In this document: one piece after another, positions 22,993 to 31,511 of the stretch
Layout: the number at the start of each line of letters is the position of its first letter
Numbering within the stretch: position 1 is the first letter of the stretch
DNA from: Thermococcus kodakarensis KOD1
GTDB taxonomy: Archaea; Methanobacteriota_B; Thermococci; Thermococcales; Thermococcaceae
Assembly: GCF_000009965.1 (NCBI RefSeq)
Contig: NC_006624.1
Coordinates: 330,001-362,000 of the forward strand
Direction: 5' to 3'
Length of the DNA: 32,000 nt
Notes under the pieces: generated by a model
The model's input: only the letters and a program-made list of their open reading frames with translations
Told to the model about the DNA's origin: nothing
The model's database searches: none
Position numbers and translations under genes: made by a program

Positions 22993-24108
22993 ATGCCCGA
23001 CGGTAATCGGGCCGGTTTTATTTCCGCGTTTCTACTTTTTTTAGTTCTTGGAGTGCTCATTCTTTCCCATAACCCCCACAGGAACCAAACACCCCCTGAC
23101 ACAGCCAGGTTCGCAACGTTCAACGGCAACATGAGGGTCTTCTCTGTTGAACGGCTTGATAACACTGGGTATTCAGCGGAGTTCCTAGTCTGCTCCTTAG
23201 CAGAGCAGAGGTTGCACATTGAGCTAGAGGTTCCAGACTGGATTGACTCAAACGTCTCCTTCTACATAATCTATCCTGAGCTGGACTACTTCAACCTGCA
23301 GTGGAGGGGGATAAAGGAAAACATCCTCAACTCCACGGAGGGACTCTACAACGTTCAAGATCTAAAGTTGGTTGCACCCAACCCAAAGGCGGTTCACAGC
23401 TCCAGCAGGAAGTTCACGTACGAACCAGAACTTGCGGCAGGCCAATGTACAGGTCTGTCTGTTAAAGGGGTCTTCAAAAGATCTCCAAGAGTTATTTATC
23501 TACGTAACGGAACCCCCATGGAGTTCGAGTCTAAAATGACAAAAATTTCCGATGAACAGTGGGTCTTCACCCTTAAGGTTCCCGAAGGCTTTAGAGCCTG
23601 GAACGCCTCCGTTCTAGTACCAGAAAAGCTGGGAAGAGACAACGAATTTCTCAAGGCGTGCCAAGAATACAGAGAGAGTCTCTTTTCCTTCGTGAAGAAA
23701 AGAGTGCTGACACTCGAAGAACTCTCTGGACTCAAGATTCCTGCGGAACCCATCCCCCCAGAGAAATACTGTTCCGAACTGAAAGCAAATGGAGAGAGGA
23801 TATCCTCAACGAGACTTCTGGGCGGTTCATGCCTATATGGAAATGGGAACTACTACATCAGGGATTACCAGGGAGGCACATCAAGAACTATAGAGACCAA
23901 CTTTAACTCAACCGGCTGCAAGCCGGCTGTGTGGGTTGTTTTTAACGGACTTCTAGAGGGATCGAGCGACCGCGTTGAGGTTAATGATCATTCAAGGGCC
24001 GTGTTTGGTGTCTTCGGGAACATGTCCGTTTACAATGGGGAAGGTGAGGGGCCGCTGGCCGTTGATTCAGCCGGGTATATTACCCTCGACATAACAACCG
24101 AGCCTTAG
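22993..24108 (+). CDS. Membrane-anchored hypothetical protein
   Basis: ATG at 22993 follows a GGAGG SD. N-terminal TM segment FISAFLLFLVLGVLIL. The remainder is likely extracellular. Confidence 0.6.
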   Translation: MPDGNRAGFISAFLLFLVLGVLILSHNPHRNQTPPDTARFATFNGNMRVFSVERLDNTGYSAEFLVCSLAEQRLHIELEVPDWIDSNVSFYIIYPELDYFNLQWRGIKENILNSTEGLYNVQDLKLVAPNPKAVHSSSRKFTYEPELAAGQCTGLSVKGVFKRSPRVIYLRNGTPMEFESKMTKISDEQWVFTLKVPEGFRAWNASVLVPEKLGRDNEFLKACQEYRESLFSFVKKRVLTLEELSGLKIPAEPIPPEKYCSELKANGERISSTRLLGGSCLYGNGNYYIRDYQGGTSRTIETNFNSTGCKPAVWVVFNGLLEGSSDRVEVNDHSRAVFGVFGNMSVYNGEGEGPLAVDSAGYITLDITTEP

Positions 24109-24120
24109 GCGTTTCTTTGA

Positions 24121-24152
24121 TTCCATTTTTGGAACAAATTTTTTAAAAATTT
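24121..24152 (+). promoter_or_regulatory. ribBA promoter: TTCCA-tttt-TGGAACAAATT abutting the TATA-like TTTTTTAAAAATTT
   Basis: Shares TTGGAACAAATT plus TATA with the ribD promoter (20/24 identical over 24129-24152 versus 20502-20525). The ATG lies at 24180. Confidence 0.55.
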
Positions 24153-24179
24153 AGAACATTTCTTTGGTGGGGAGGATAA

Positions 24180-25340
24180 ATGAACTGGGACAGAGTTAGG
24201 GGTCTAGTCCTTGAAGGAAAGCCAGTTGTTCTCATAGACAATCGAAGGGAGTTCGAGGCTGATCTAATTTATCCAGCCGAGATAGCTTCTCCCGAGATCG
24301 TCAACTTCATGCTCTCCATGAAAGGCCTCCTCTGCCTCACGATGGACATGGACGAGGCGTTGAAGAGGGGCTTCTTCCCGCTTCCCAGCAAGGAAGGAGA
24401 GACGAACTTCTTGGTTCCCGTTGATTACAAAGAAACTTTCACGGGAATAACCGCTGAAGAGAGGGCCTTAACGGCCCGGAAGATTGCTGAAGGGCTTGGT
24501 GTGGGGGCCTTCCGCTATCCTGGACATCTCCACCTCCTTGGCGGCATCGGCCTCAACAGGAGGAGGGGGCACACGGAGAGCTCTCTTGAGCTGATGGAGA
24601 TACTCGGCTTCAAGAGGTACGCCCTGATGGTTGAGATACTCGACGAAAAGGGCGACTCTCACAACAGGGAGTACGCCTTGAAGCTCGCGGAGGAGCACGG
24701 CCTTCCAGTCCTCACCACGGACGATGTCTGGAAGGAATTCGTGAGGAGAAAACAGCTGATGAGAATCTACGCCAGCGCGAGGCTCCCGACGAGGTACGGC
24801 GACTTTAGAATAATAGCCTTCGACAACGAGCTGGACTTTAAGGAGCATGTGGCAATAGTCAAGGAGCCCTATGGTGAGGTCCCACTTGTCAGGGTTCACT
24901 CAAAGTGCCTCACAGGAGACACATTCGCTTCACTCAAGTGCGACTGCGGGAGCCAGCTCGCCAACGCCCTCAGGATGATAGCCCAGGAGGGCGGGATACT
25001 CCTCTACATGGACCAGGAAGGCAGGGGAATCGGCCTGAAGGAGAAGATAAAGGCCTACGAGCTCCAGGACAAAGGCTTTGACACCGTTGAGGCCAACAAA
25101 GCCCTCGGCCGCGGTGAGGACGAGAGGACTTACGAGGCCGCCTTCCAGATGCTTCGTGCTCTGGGAGTTTCAAAGATCAGGCTGATAACCAACAACCCGA
25201 GGAAGGCAAAGGCCCTTGAGGAGTTCGGGATAGAGGTCGTTGAGACGGTTCCGGCTCCGGGGGAGGTTACTGAACACAACAAGCCCTACCTGAAGGTCAA
25301 AGCCGAGAAGCTCGGTCACAAGCTCCCCTTTAAAGTTTAG
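24180..25340 (+). CDS. ribBA: Bifunctional 3,4-dihydroxy-2-butanone-4-phosphate synthase / GTP cyclohydrolase II
   Basis: N-terminal DHBP synthase-like half. C-terminal VRVHSKCLTGD…CDCG zinc motif and the EGRGIGL motif of GTP cyclohydrolase II. Confidence 0.9.
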   Translation: MNWDRVRGLVLEGKPVVLIDNRREFEADLIYPAEIASPEIVNFMLSMKGLLCLTMDMDEALKRGFFPLPSKEGETNFLVPVDYKETFTGITAEERALTARKIAEGLGVGAFRYPGHLHLLGGIGLNRRRGHTESSLELMEILGFKRYALMVEILDEKGDSHNREYALKLAEEHGLPVLTTDDVWKEFVRRKQLMRIYASARLPTRYGDFRIIAFDNELDFKEHVAIVKEPYGEVPLVRVHSKCLTGDTFASLKCDCGSQLANALRMIAQEGGILLYMDQEGRGIGLKEKIKAYELQDKGFDTVEANKALGRGEDERTYEAAFQMLRALGVSKIRLITNNPRKAKALEEFGIEVVETVPAPGEVTEHNKPYLKVKAEKLGHKLPFKV

Positions 25341-25407
25341 GGAATTGTTTAATTGTTCTATTGATGAATTACACAATTAAATAATTACAGAAAACGGGGT
25401 GAATGGT

Positions 25408-25878
25408 ATGGAGGTTCGCGTGATTGAGGGCGAATTTAAGGGAGAAGGTGTAAAGATTGGCGTCGTCGTCGCCAGGTTCAACGACCTCTTAACCAACGAG
25501 CTCCTCAGCGGTGCCCTCGACTGCTTCGAGAGGCACAGCGTTGAGGAGGTTGACGTCGTAAAGGTGCCCGGAAGCTTTGAGATACCTCTGGTCGCCAAAA
25601 AGCTCGCCGAGAGCGGGAAGTACGACGCGGTTCTTGCCCTCGGAGCAGTCGTCAGGGGTGAGACAAAGCACTTTGACCTGGTTGCCAACGAGGTCGCAAA
25701 GGGTGTCGCAAAGGTCTCCCTCGACAGCGGCGTTCCGGTTATCTTCGGCGTGATAACAGTCGAGGACGAGCTCCAGGGCTTCAACAGGGCAGGGGTTAAG
25801 AGCAACAAGGGCTTTGAGTACGCGATGGCCGCGCTGGAGATGGCGAATCTGATGAAAAAACTCAGAGAGAAGGAGTGA
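25408..25878 (+). CDS. ribH: 6,7-dimethyl-8-ribityllumazine synthase
   Basis: [29 protein letters not shown] and [12 protein letters not shown] motifs. GGTGA SD 5 nt upstream of the ATG at 25408. Confidence 0.9.
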   Translation: MEVRVIEGEFKGEGVKIGVVVARFNDLLTNELLSGALDCFERHSVEEVDVVKVPGSFEIPLVAKKLAESGKYDAVLALGAVVRGETKHFDLVANEVAKGVAKVSLDSGVPVIFGVITVEDELQGFNRAGVKSNKGFEYAMAALEMANLMKKLREKE

Positions 25879-26458
25879 AAGAAAGCTCCCACCCTTTCTC
25901 ATTTTCCACTATCCCAATCGCGAGCACCTTGTGCTCGAAGGGAAGTTCCATAACTTTTTCAGCGAGCTCTTCTGGAGTAGAGAAGGCCAGCTCAATGCTC
26001 TCAAAGCCCTCCATGTTGTACGTCGCCGTCAGGAAGGCTTTGCCCTCCTCAAGCTCAAGTTCCCTCATCCAGAGCATATCTCTTCCCACAAAGCCGAGCC
26101 AGCCCCTCCTTCCCCCGTGCTGGATTATCCCCGCTATCCTCGGAGTGCTGTAATCGTCCCTTTCGTAATCGAGGGCATCCAGGACATGAACGAGGGCCTT
26201 CCTTGGCCTCTCCCACTCAAGGGCCTGGGCTATGAAGTCCGTGTGGAGGCCGTTGGTGACGACCGCGTAGTCTTCCATCAGCCTCACGACGGGATAGCTC
26301 ACGTAGGGGTTCTCCGTCTCCGTCTGATTGAGGATGTAGACCCCGTTTCCCTTCACCACTGCCCTCCTGTTTGGGAAGGATCTGGAGCAGAGGAGGTAGA
26401 AGGCGAATGGCTTCCCATTGTTCAGCCCTATTCCGAGCGTCCTTCCCACGTACCTCAC
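25862..26458 (-). CDS. purO: Archaeal IMP cyclohydrolase
   Basis: [11 protein letters not shown]…[11 protein letters not shown] matches the PurO N-terminal signature. Length ~200 aa. 4-nt overlap with purP. Confidence 0.8.
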   Translation of the reverse strand: MRYVGRTLGIGLNNGKPFAFYLLCSRSFPNRRAVVKGNGVYILNQTETENPYVSYPVVRLMEDYAVVTNGLHTDFIAQALEWERPRKALVHVLDALDYERDDYSTPRIAGIIQHGGRRGWLGFVGRDMLWMRELELEEGKAFLTATYNMEGFESIELAFSTPEELAEKVMELPFEHKVLAIGIVENEKGWELSFTPSL

Positions 26459-27387
26459 GTTACCACCTCCTCAAGCCTGTCTTCCTCCTCGGCAAGCCTG
26501 AGCTCCCTCGCTATTCTCCTCCCCATGCTGAGTCTCTCGCCCCAGTAGAGCTCCGAGTACCAGTGGTCAGCGTTACTTCCCCCGTCTATGCGCGAAGCTA
26601 TGCCGATAGCTTTGAAAGAACCGTCGTAGGCGAAGTGGAGGGCGAACGGCCCGATAACCCCCGGCGGCTCAAGCTCCCTCATGGTCCTGACGAAAGCCAG
26701 CCCGTAGTCGTAGAGCTGCGGGAGGAGCGATTCTCTAAGGGCAATCGCCCTGTTGCCAACTATTGTGTACGGGAGAGGCTTCACTGGCCAGCGGGCGTTG
26801 CCGTCGGCTATTAGAACCCTCTCGTCAACGCCGAGGAGCTCAAGCCTCTCCAGGATGGGCGAGTAGAAGAAGTGGACGTAGAGGTAAACGCCCGGGATGA
26901 AGCGCTCAACTCTGTAAGGTTCTTCAAGCGTTGAAAGCCTCTCCTCGAGCTCACTGCCCTCTACAATGAAGTGGCCGCTCCCTCCCCTAGGCCCTTCAAT
27001 CCTGACGAAGTATAGCTCGTCCGGCTTGGCATCCTCGGGCTCGACAACCTCAACCCTCGGAATTCCAGCCCCCTCAAGGGCCTTATCCTGGAGCTCAAAG
27101 GTCGTCTCCCACTTGAGGAAGCGCCTGTTGCCGAAGAACCTAGCTTTTGCCTTTTCTATTGCCTCAATTCCGAGGTAGGCGACGAAAGAGCCATGAGGAA
27201 CAACTATTCCGTCATCGTTCAGGATGGAGGTCATCTCCTCTGCAACTACGAGATCATCAACAATCGGAAGTGAAGAGTAGAAGGGCCTTCTCTTAGGCGA
27301 AACGTAGAGCCTCGTCTTAAATCCTTCTTTCTTCGCCCCGAGGAGTATCTGGAGCGAGGAGTGGGACGCTATGGTTGAAACGATCAT
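26455..27387 (-). CDS. purP: 5-formaminoimidazole-4-carboxamide ribonucleotide (FAICAR) synthetase, ATP-grasp
   Basis: The N-terminus IASHSSLQILLGAKKEGF is typical of PurP. ATP-grasp-sized. 4-nt overlaps on both sides. Confidence 0.8.
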   Translation of the reverse strand: MIVSTIASHSSLQILLGAKKEGFKTRLYVSPKRRPFYSSLPIVDDLVVAEEMTSILNDDGIVVPHGSFVAYLGIEAIEKAKARFFGNRRFLKWETTFELQDKALEGAGIPRVEVVEPEDAKPDELYFVRIEGPRGGSGHFIVEGSELEERLSTLEEPYRVERFIPGVYLYVHFFYSPILERLELLGVDERVLIADGNARWPVKPLPYTIVGNRAIALRESLLPQLYDYGLAFVRTMRELEPPGVIGPFALHFAYDGSFKAIGIASRIDGGSNADHWYSELYWGERLSMGRRIARELRLAEEEDRLEEVVT

Positions 27388-28043
27388 TTTATCACCTCCC
27401 TAAGCTCCTCCTGGCTCAGGAGCTTCCCGTCCTTTATAACGCGCATCGTGTCGCCGCTCAGCTCGTCTATGACGATGAGCTCGCCGTTTCTCCGGCCGAA
27501 CTCCAGCTTGAAATCAACGAGCTGAAGGCCCTTCGAGGAGAAGAACTCCCTTAAAATCTCGGCGACCTTCCTGGTTTTCTCCTTCATCTCTCTAACTTCC
27601 CCTTCGCTTGCTATCCCGAGTTTTACTACGGCTTCTTCCGTTATCAGCGGGTCTTTAAGGGAGTCGTCCTTCAGCGTGAACTCCACTATCCCGAGCGGCT
27701 TCAGCTCCTTTACCCAACCTTGATAGCGCCTCAGAAAGCTCCCGTAGGCAAGCTCGCGGTAGATGACCTCTAGCGGTATCCTCTCCGCCCTCAGGAAGCG
27801 CGCCCTCCTCTCGTCAATCCGCTCGACGAAGTGCGTCCTTATTCCCTTCTCTTCGAGGAGGCGAAAGAAGAACTCAGTCTCATCAAGAACGATACTCCCC
27901 TTACCCCTCCTCTCACCTACGATCTCGTTGCCTCCAGTGTCTTCCCTTCCATCCTCGCCAAGGACTGAGTCTTTGAAGTAAAAGACAAGGTAAGGCCCGT
28001 CCTCGTACACATCTTTGGTCTTTCCGCGGTAGATGGGCCTCAC
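27384..28043 (-). CDS. purC: Phosphoribosylaminoimidazole-succinocarboxamide (SAICAR) synthase
   Basis: YRGKTKDVY, GKG, IPLEVIYRELAYGS and LVDFKLEFG motifs. Confidence 0.9.
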   Translation of the reverse strand: MRPIYRGKTKDVYEDGPYLVFYFKDSVLGEDGREDTGGNEIVGERRGKGSIVLDETEFFFRLLEEKGIRTHFVERIDERRARFLRAERIPLEVIYRELAYGSFLRRYQGWVKELKPLGIVEFTLKDDSLKDPLITEEAVVKLGIASEGEVREMKEKTRKVAEILREFFSSKGLQLVDFKLEFGRRNGELIVIDELSGDTMRVIKDGKLLSQEELREVIK

Positions 28044-29335
28044 TTCCGCTCACCCGCGAGCATGTCGTTGATGAGCTTTATCGCGCAGAGGTCACCGCAC
28101 ATCGAGCAGGCCTCGGTCTTCGTCGGCCTCTCCTTCCTTATCTCAACAAAGCGTTCCTTGTCCATCGAAAGCTCGAACTGCCTGGCCCAGTTGAGCTTCC
28201 CCCTCGCCAGCGCCATGAGATAATCCTTCTTGAAGTCGGCCTCGAAGCGGGTCAGGTTGACCGCGTGGGCTGCAATCTTCGCCGCTATTACCCCCTGCCT
28301 AACGTGCTCCACGTCTGGAAGGCCGAGGTGTTCAGCGGGGGTCACGTAGCAGAGGAAGTCAGCCCCATTGAGGGCCGCTATTGCCCCACCTATCGCGGCC
28401 GTTATGTGGTCGTAGCCCGGGAAGATGTCCGTAACTATCGGGCCGAGCACGTAGAAGGGCGCGTTGTCCGTTGCGACTTTGGCCAGCTTCACCTGGGCCG
28501 CTATCTGGTCTATGGGGACGTGGCCAGGCCCCTCAACCATGGTTTGAACTCCAGCCTCTCTAGCTCTCCTCACGAGCCTTCCGAGCGTGTAAAGTTCAGC
28601 TATCTGGAGTTCGTCCCCAGCGTCAGGAAGGCCGCCGGGCCTAAGTCCGTCGCCGAGGCTCAGGACAACGTCGTACTCCCTGGCCAGCTCAAGAAGGTAG
28701 TCGTAGTCCTTGTAGAACGGATTCTCCTCGCCCCAGTGGAGTATCCAAGCTGCCAGAAACGTCCCGCCGCGCGAGACCATTCCGACGGCCCTCTTAGTTC
28801 TCTTCATTTTTTCGACGACTTCTTTGGTGACGCCGACGTGGATGGTCGTGTAGTCAACGCCGTCCTTGAAGTGCTTCTCAACTGCCCTCCACATGTCCTC
28901 CTCGCTCATCTCGATGATGGCCTTGCCCTTAGCGAGCATCTCCTCCGCGGCCTGGTAGATGGGAACCGTACCCACTGGGACGTCCACGGCGTGCATTATG
29001 GTCTTCCTTATCTCGTCGAGGTCTCCTCCTGTGGAGAGATCCATTATCGTGTCGGCGCCGTACTTTACTGCCACCTTCGCCTTTTCTATCTCGGCCTTAA
29101 CGTCAACGATGTCCCTTGAGGTGCCTATGTTAGCGTTCACCTTGACTCTAACTCCCGCACCCACGGCAACCGGCTTAACCCAGTCGTGGCGGACGTTGCG
29201 GAAGATGACGGTGTATCCCTTGGCGACGTTCCTCCTCAGCTTCTCGGCGTCTATCCCTTCCCTCTCGGCTATGAACTTCATTTCTTCCGTTACGACGCCC
29301 TTCCGAGCTTCCTCAAGCTGGGTCATGTCCATCAC
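28040..29335 (-). CDS. thiC: Phosphomethylpyrimidine (HMP-P) synthase
   Basis: TQLEEARKG…TEEM N-terminus. Conserved core. C-terminal CSMCGDLCA Fe-S cysteine motif. Confidence 0.95.
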   Translation of the reverse strand: MMDMTQLEEARKGVVTEEMKFIAEREGIDAEKLRRNVAKGYTVIFRNVRHDWVKPVAVGAGVRVKVNANIGTSRDIVDVKAEIEKAKVAVKYGADTIMDLSTGGDLDEIRKTIMHAVDVPVGTVPIYQAAEEMLAKGKAIIEMSEEDMWRAVEKHFKDGVDYTTIHVGVTKEVVEKMKRTKRAVGMVSRGGTFLAAWILHWGEENPFYKDYDYLLELAREYDVVLSLGDGLRPGGLPDAGDELQIAELYTLGRLVRRAREAGVQTMVEGPGHVPIDQIAAQVKLAKVATDNAPFYVLGPIVTDIFPGYDHITAAIGGAIAALNGADFLCYVTPAEHLGLPDVEHVRQGVIAAKIAAHAVNLTRFEADFKKDYLMALARGKLNWARQFELSMDKERFVEIRKERPTKTEACSMCGDLCAIKLINDMLAGERK

Positions 29336-29373
29336 CCGGTTTTATAACCCATTTCATAACAAAGTTTTTAAAT

Positions 29374-29392
29374 CTCAAAACTTAGTTTTGAG
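29374..29392. promoter_or_regulatory. Perfect palindrome CTCAAAAC-tta-GTTTTGAG between the divergent thiC and thi4 genes
   Basis: 8-bp arms, flanked by the TATA-like GTTTTTAAATC and GGTTTAAAAGG in a 77-86-bp intergenic region. Confidence 0.5.
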
Positions 29393-29421
29393 CGCGGTTT
29401 AAAAGGTTTTAGGTGGTGGGC

Positions 29422-30177
29422 ATGAGGGAGATCGAGATAAGCAGGGCGATAGTTGAAGCCTACTTCAACGACCTCCTCCAGAACCTTCAGCTTGATATTG
29501 CCATAGTCGGTGCCGGTCCTTCGGGAATGGTAGCTGGCTACTACCTCGCCAAGGGCGGCGCTAAGGTGGCCATCTTTGAGAAGAAGCTCTCCGTGGGAGG
29601 AGGAATCTGGGGCGGGGCGATGGGATTCAACCGCGTCGTCGTCCAGGAGAGCGCGAGGGAGATCCTCGACGAATTTGGGGTGGACTACAGCCAGGTTGGA
29701 AACGGCCTCTACGTTCTCGACTCGATAGAGCTTGCCTCGACGCTCGCGAGCAAGGCGGTGAAAGCAGGGGCAAAGATATTCAACATGGTGGAAGTGGAAG
29801 ACCTCGTGGTTAAGGACGGCAGGGTCTCGGGACTCGTAATAAACTGGACTCCAGTTATGATGACCGGCCTTCATGTTGATCCGCTCACGGTCGAGGCGAA
29901 GTTCGTGGTGGATTCAACGGGCCACGGGGCGCAAATCAGCCAGCACCTCCTAAAGCGTGGACTCATAAAGGCCATCCCCGGAGAAGGGCCGATGTGGGCC
30001 GAAAAGGGTGAGGAGCTTACCGTTGAGCACACGAGGGAGGTCTTTCCGGGGCTGTACGCAACTGGAATGGCGGCCAACGCCCTGGCTGGAGCTCCGAGGA
30101 TGGGTCCGATATTCGGCGGCATGCTCCTGAGCGGGAGGAAGGCGGCACTTGAGATTCTCCAGAAGCTCGGAAAGTGA
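29422..30177 (+). CDS. thi4: Thiazole synthase (archaeal Thi4 family)
   Basis: FAD/NAD fold VGAGPSGMVAGYYLAK. GMAANA…PRMGPIFGGMLLSG C-terminal signature. ATG at 29422 follows the GGTGGTGGGC SD. Confidence 0.9.
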   Translation: MREIEISRAIVEAYFNDLLQNLQLDIAIVGAGPSGMVAGYYLAKGGAKVAIFEKKLSVGGGIWGGAMGFNRVVVQESAREILDEFGVDYSQVGNGLYVLDSIELASTLASKAVKAGAKIFNMVEVEDLVVKDGRVSGLVINWTPVMMTGLHVDPLTVEAKFVVDSTGHGAQISQHLLKRGLIKAIPGEGPMWAEKGEELTVEHTREVFPGLYATGMAANALAGAPRMGPIFGGMLLSGRKAALEILQKLGK

Positions 30178-31472
30178 TGCCCATGGCCGTGCTTATAATA
30201 GCGGGCCTCGACACGGGCGGTGGGGCGGGGCTGAAGGCGGACATCGAGACGGTTTCCGCTTTGAACGAGCACCCGCTCCCAGTAGTTTCCGCGATAACAT
30301 ATCAGAACCCCAACGAGGTTAGGGGCGTCTTTATAGCACCACCAGAAACTATCAGAGAGCAGATAAGGGCCGTCAGGGATGCCTTTGACATCAGGGCCGT
30401 TAAAATCGGCCTCATCCATGGCGGTGCGATAGAGGCCATAGCCGAGGAGACGAAAGGGCTGAGGAAGATTCTCGATCCGGTTATGGCTTCTACCTCTGGC
30501 TTCCAGTTTTTAAGCCCGGAAGATGTTGGGAGGCTGAAGAAAAGGCTCGTTCCGGGCTCGATAGTCACCCCGAACGTCCCTGAGGCAGAGGTTCTAACGG
30601 GAATTAAGATAAACTCGGTAGAGGACATGAGAAAAGCCGCGAGGGTTCTCGTGGAAGAGCTGAGCGCGGAAGCGGCGGTCGTCAAGGGCGGGCACTTGAA
30701 CTTTACCGACGTCCTCTACTGGAATGGAGAGGTCTTCGAGATTCCGGGAGAGCACGCTGAGGGCTTCACACACGGGACTGGTTGTGCCTTCTCGACGGCC
30801 CTTGCCGCTTTCATTGCCAAAGGCCTAAGGCTTCCAGAGGCCGTCGAGAAGGCAAAACGCTTCGTCGAGGGGGCGATAAGGTTCTCGAGGGGAGAAGGAA
30901 AAGCAATCAATCCTATCTGGGAGCTTCAGAGGGATGCTCAGAGATGGAGATCTAAGGAAGAGCTTGGAGATGCAGTGAACAGGCTTGTGAAAATGGGCGA
31001 GCTTCTGAATCGGCATGTGGCTGAAGTAGGCACGAACTTCGCCCTAGCAACGGATTTCAACGAGGTCTTTGCAGTTAAGGGCCGGATAGTCCGCTACGAT
31101 AAAACGGTGAAGCCAGTAGGTCCAGTTGAGCTCAACGCCAGCGACCATCTGAGAAGGGCCCTCCTGAAGATGAGGGAGTTCTACCCAGAGGTCAAAGCAG
31201 TACTCAATCTCCGCTATTCAGAAGAACTCGTCGAGAAGGCGAAAAAGCTCGGGCTCAAGGTTTCCTTCTACGACCGCAGGGAGGAGCCGGAGGAAGTCAA
31301 GAGGGCCGAGAGGGGCACGATGGAGTGGGGCATTGAGACCGCAGTCAAAAGGCTTGGAGAGAGGCCAGACATAGTTTACCACCTCGGAGACTGGGGAAAG
31401 GAACCGATGATACTCGTGTTTGGCAGTAATGCAGAAGAAGTCGTCGAAAGGGTGAGGCTCCTCATTAGCTAA
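30177..31472 (+). CDS. thiDN: Bifunctional HMP/HMP-P kinase (ThiD) fused to thiamine-phosphate synthase (ThiN domain)
   Basis: N-terminal ThiD signature IAGLDTGGGAGLKADIET and GTGCAFS. C-terminal ~170-aa ThiN-like domain. GTGATG start overlaps the thi4 stop. Confidence 0.85.
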   Translation: MPMAVLIIAGLDTGGGAGLKADIETVSALNEHPLPVVSAITYQNPNEVRGVFIAPPETIREQIRAVRDAFDIRAVKIGLIHGGAIEAIAEETKGLRKILDPVMASTSGFQFLSPEDVGRLKKRLVPGSIVTPNVPEAEVLTGIKINSVEDMRKAARVLVEELSAEAAVVKGGHLNFTDVLYWNGEVFEIPGEHAEGFTHGTGCAFSTALAAFIAKGLRLPEAVEKAKRFVEGAIRFSRGEGKAINPIWELQRDAQRWRSKEELGDAVNRLVKMGELLNRHVAEVGTNFALATDFNEVFAVKGRIVRYDKTVKPVGPVELNASDHLRRALLKMREFYPEVKAVLNLRYSEELVEKAKKLGLKVSFYDRREEPEEVKRAERGTMEWGIETAVKRLGERPDIVYHLGDWGKEPMILVFGSNAEEVVERVRLLIS

Positions 31473-31511
31473 CGTTATAACCTCTCCTCCCTATTTTTAT
31501 TGGTGGCTCTC

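Noticed and set aside
25349-25379. Inverted repeat TTAATTGT-n15-ACAATTAA between ribBA and ribH as a terminator or attenuator
   Set aside because: It is AT-rich with short arms and a long loop, and no T-run follows it. It may simply be promoter-region AT richness. It is mentioned under the rib-motif finding rather than called as a feature.
29336-29421. TPP riboswitch upstream of thiC or thi4
   Set aside because: The leaders are too short (the whole intergenic region is under 90 bp). No conserved CUGAGA / ACCUGA-type TPP aptamer elements are visible, so protein-mediated control via the palindrome is more plausible.
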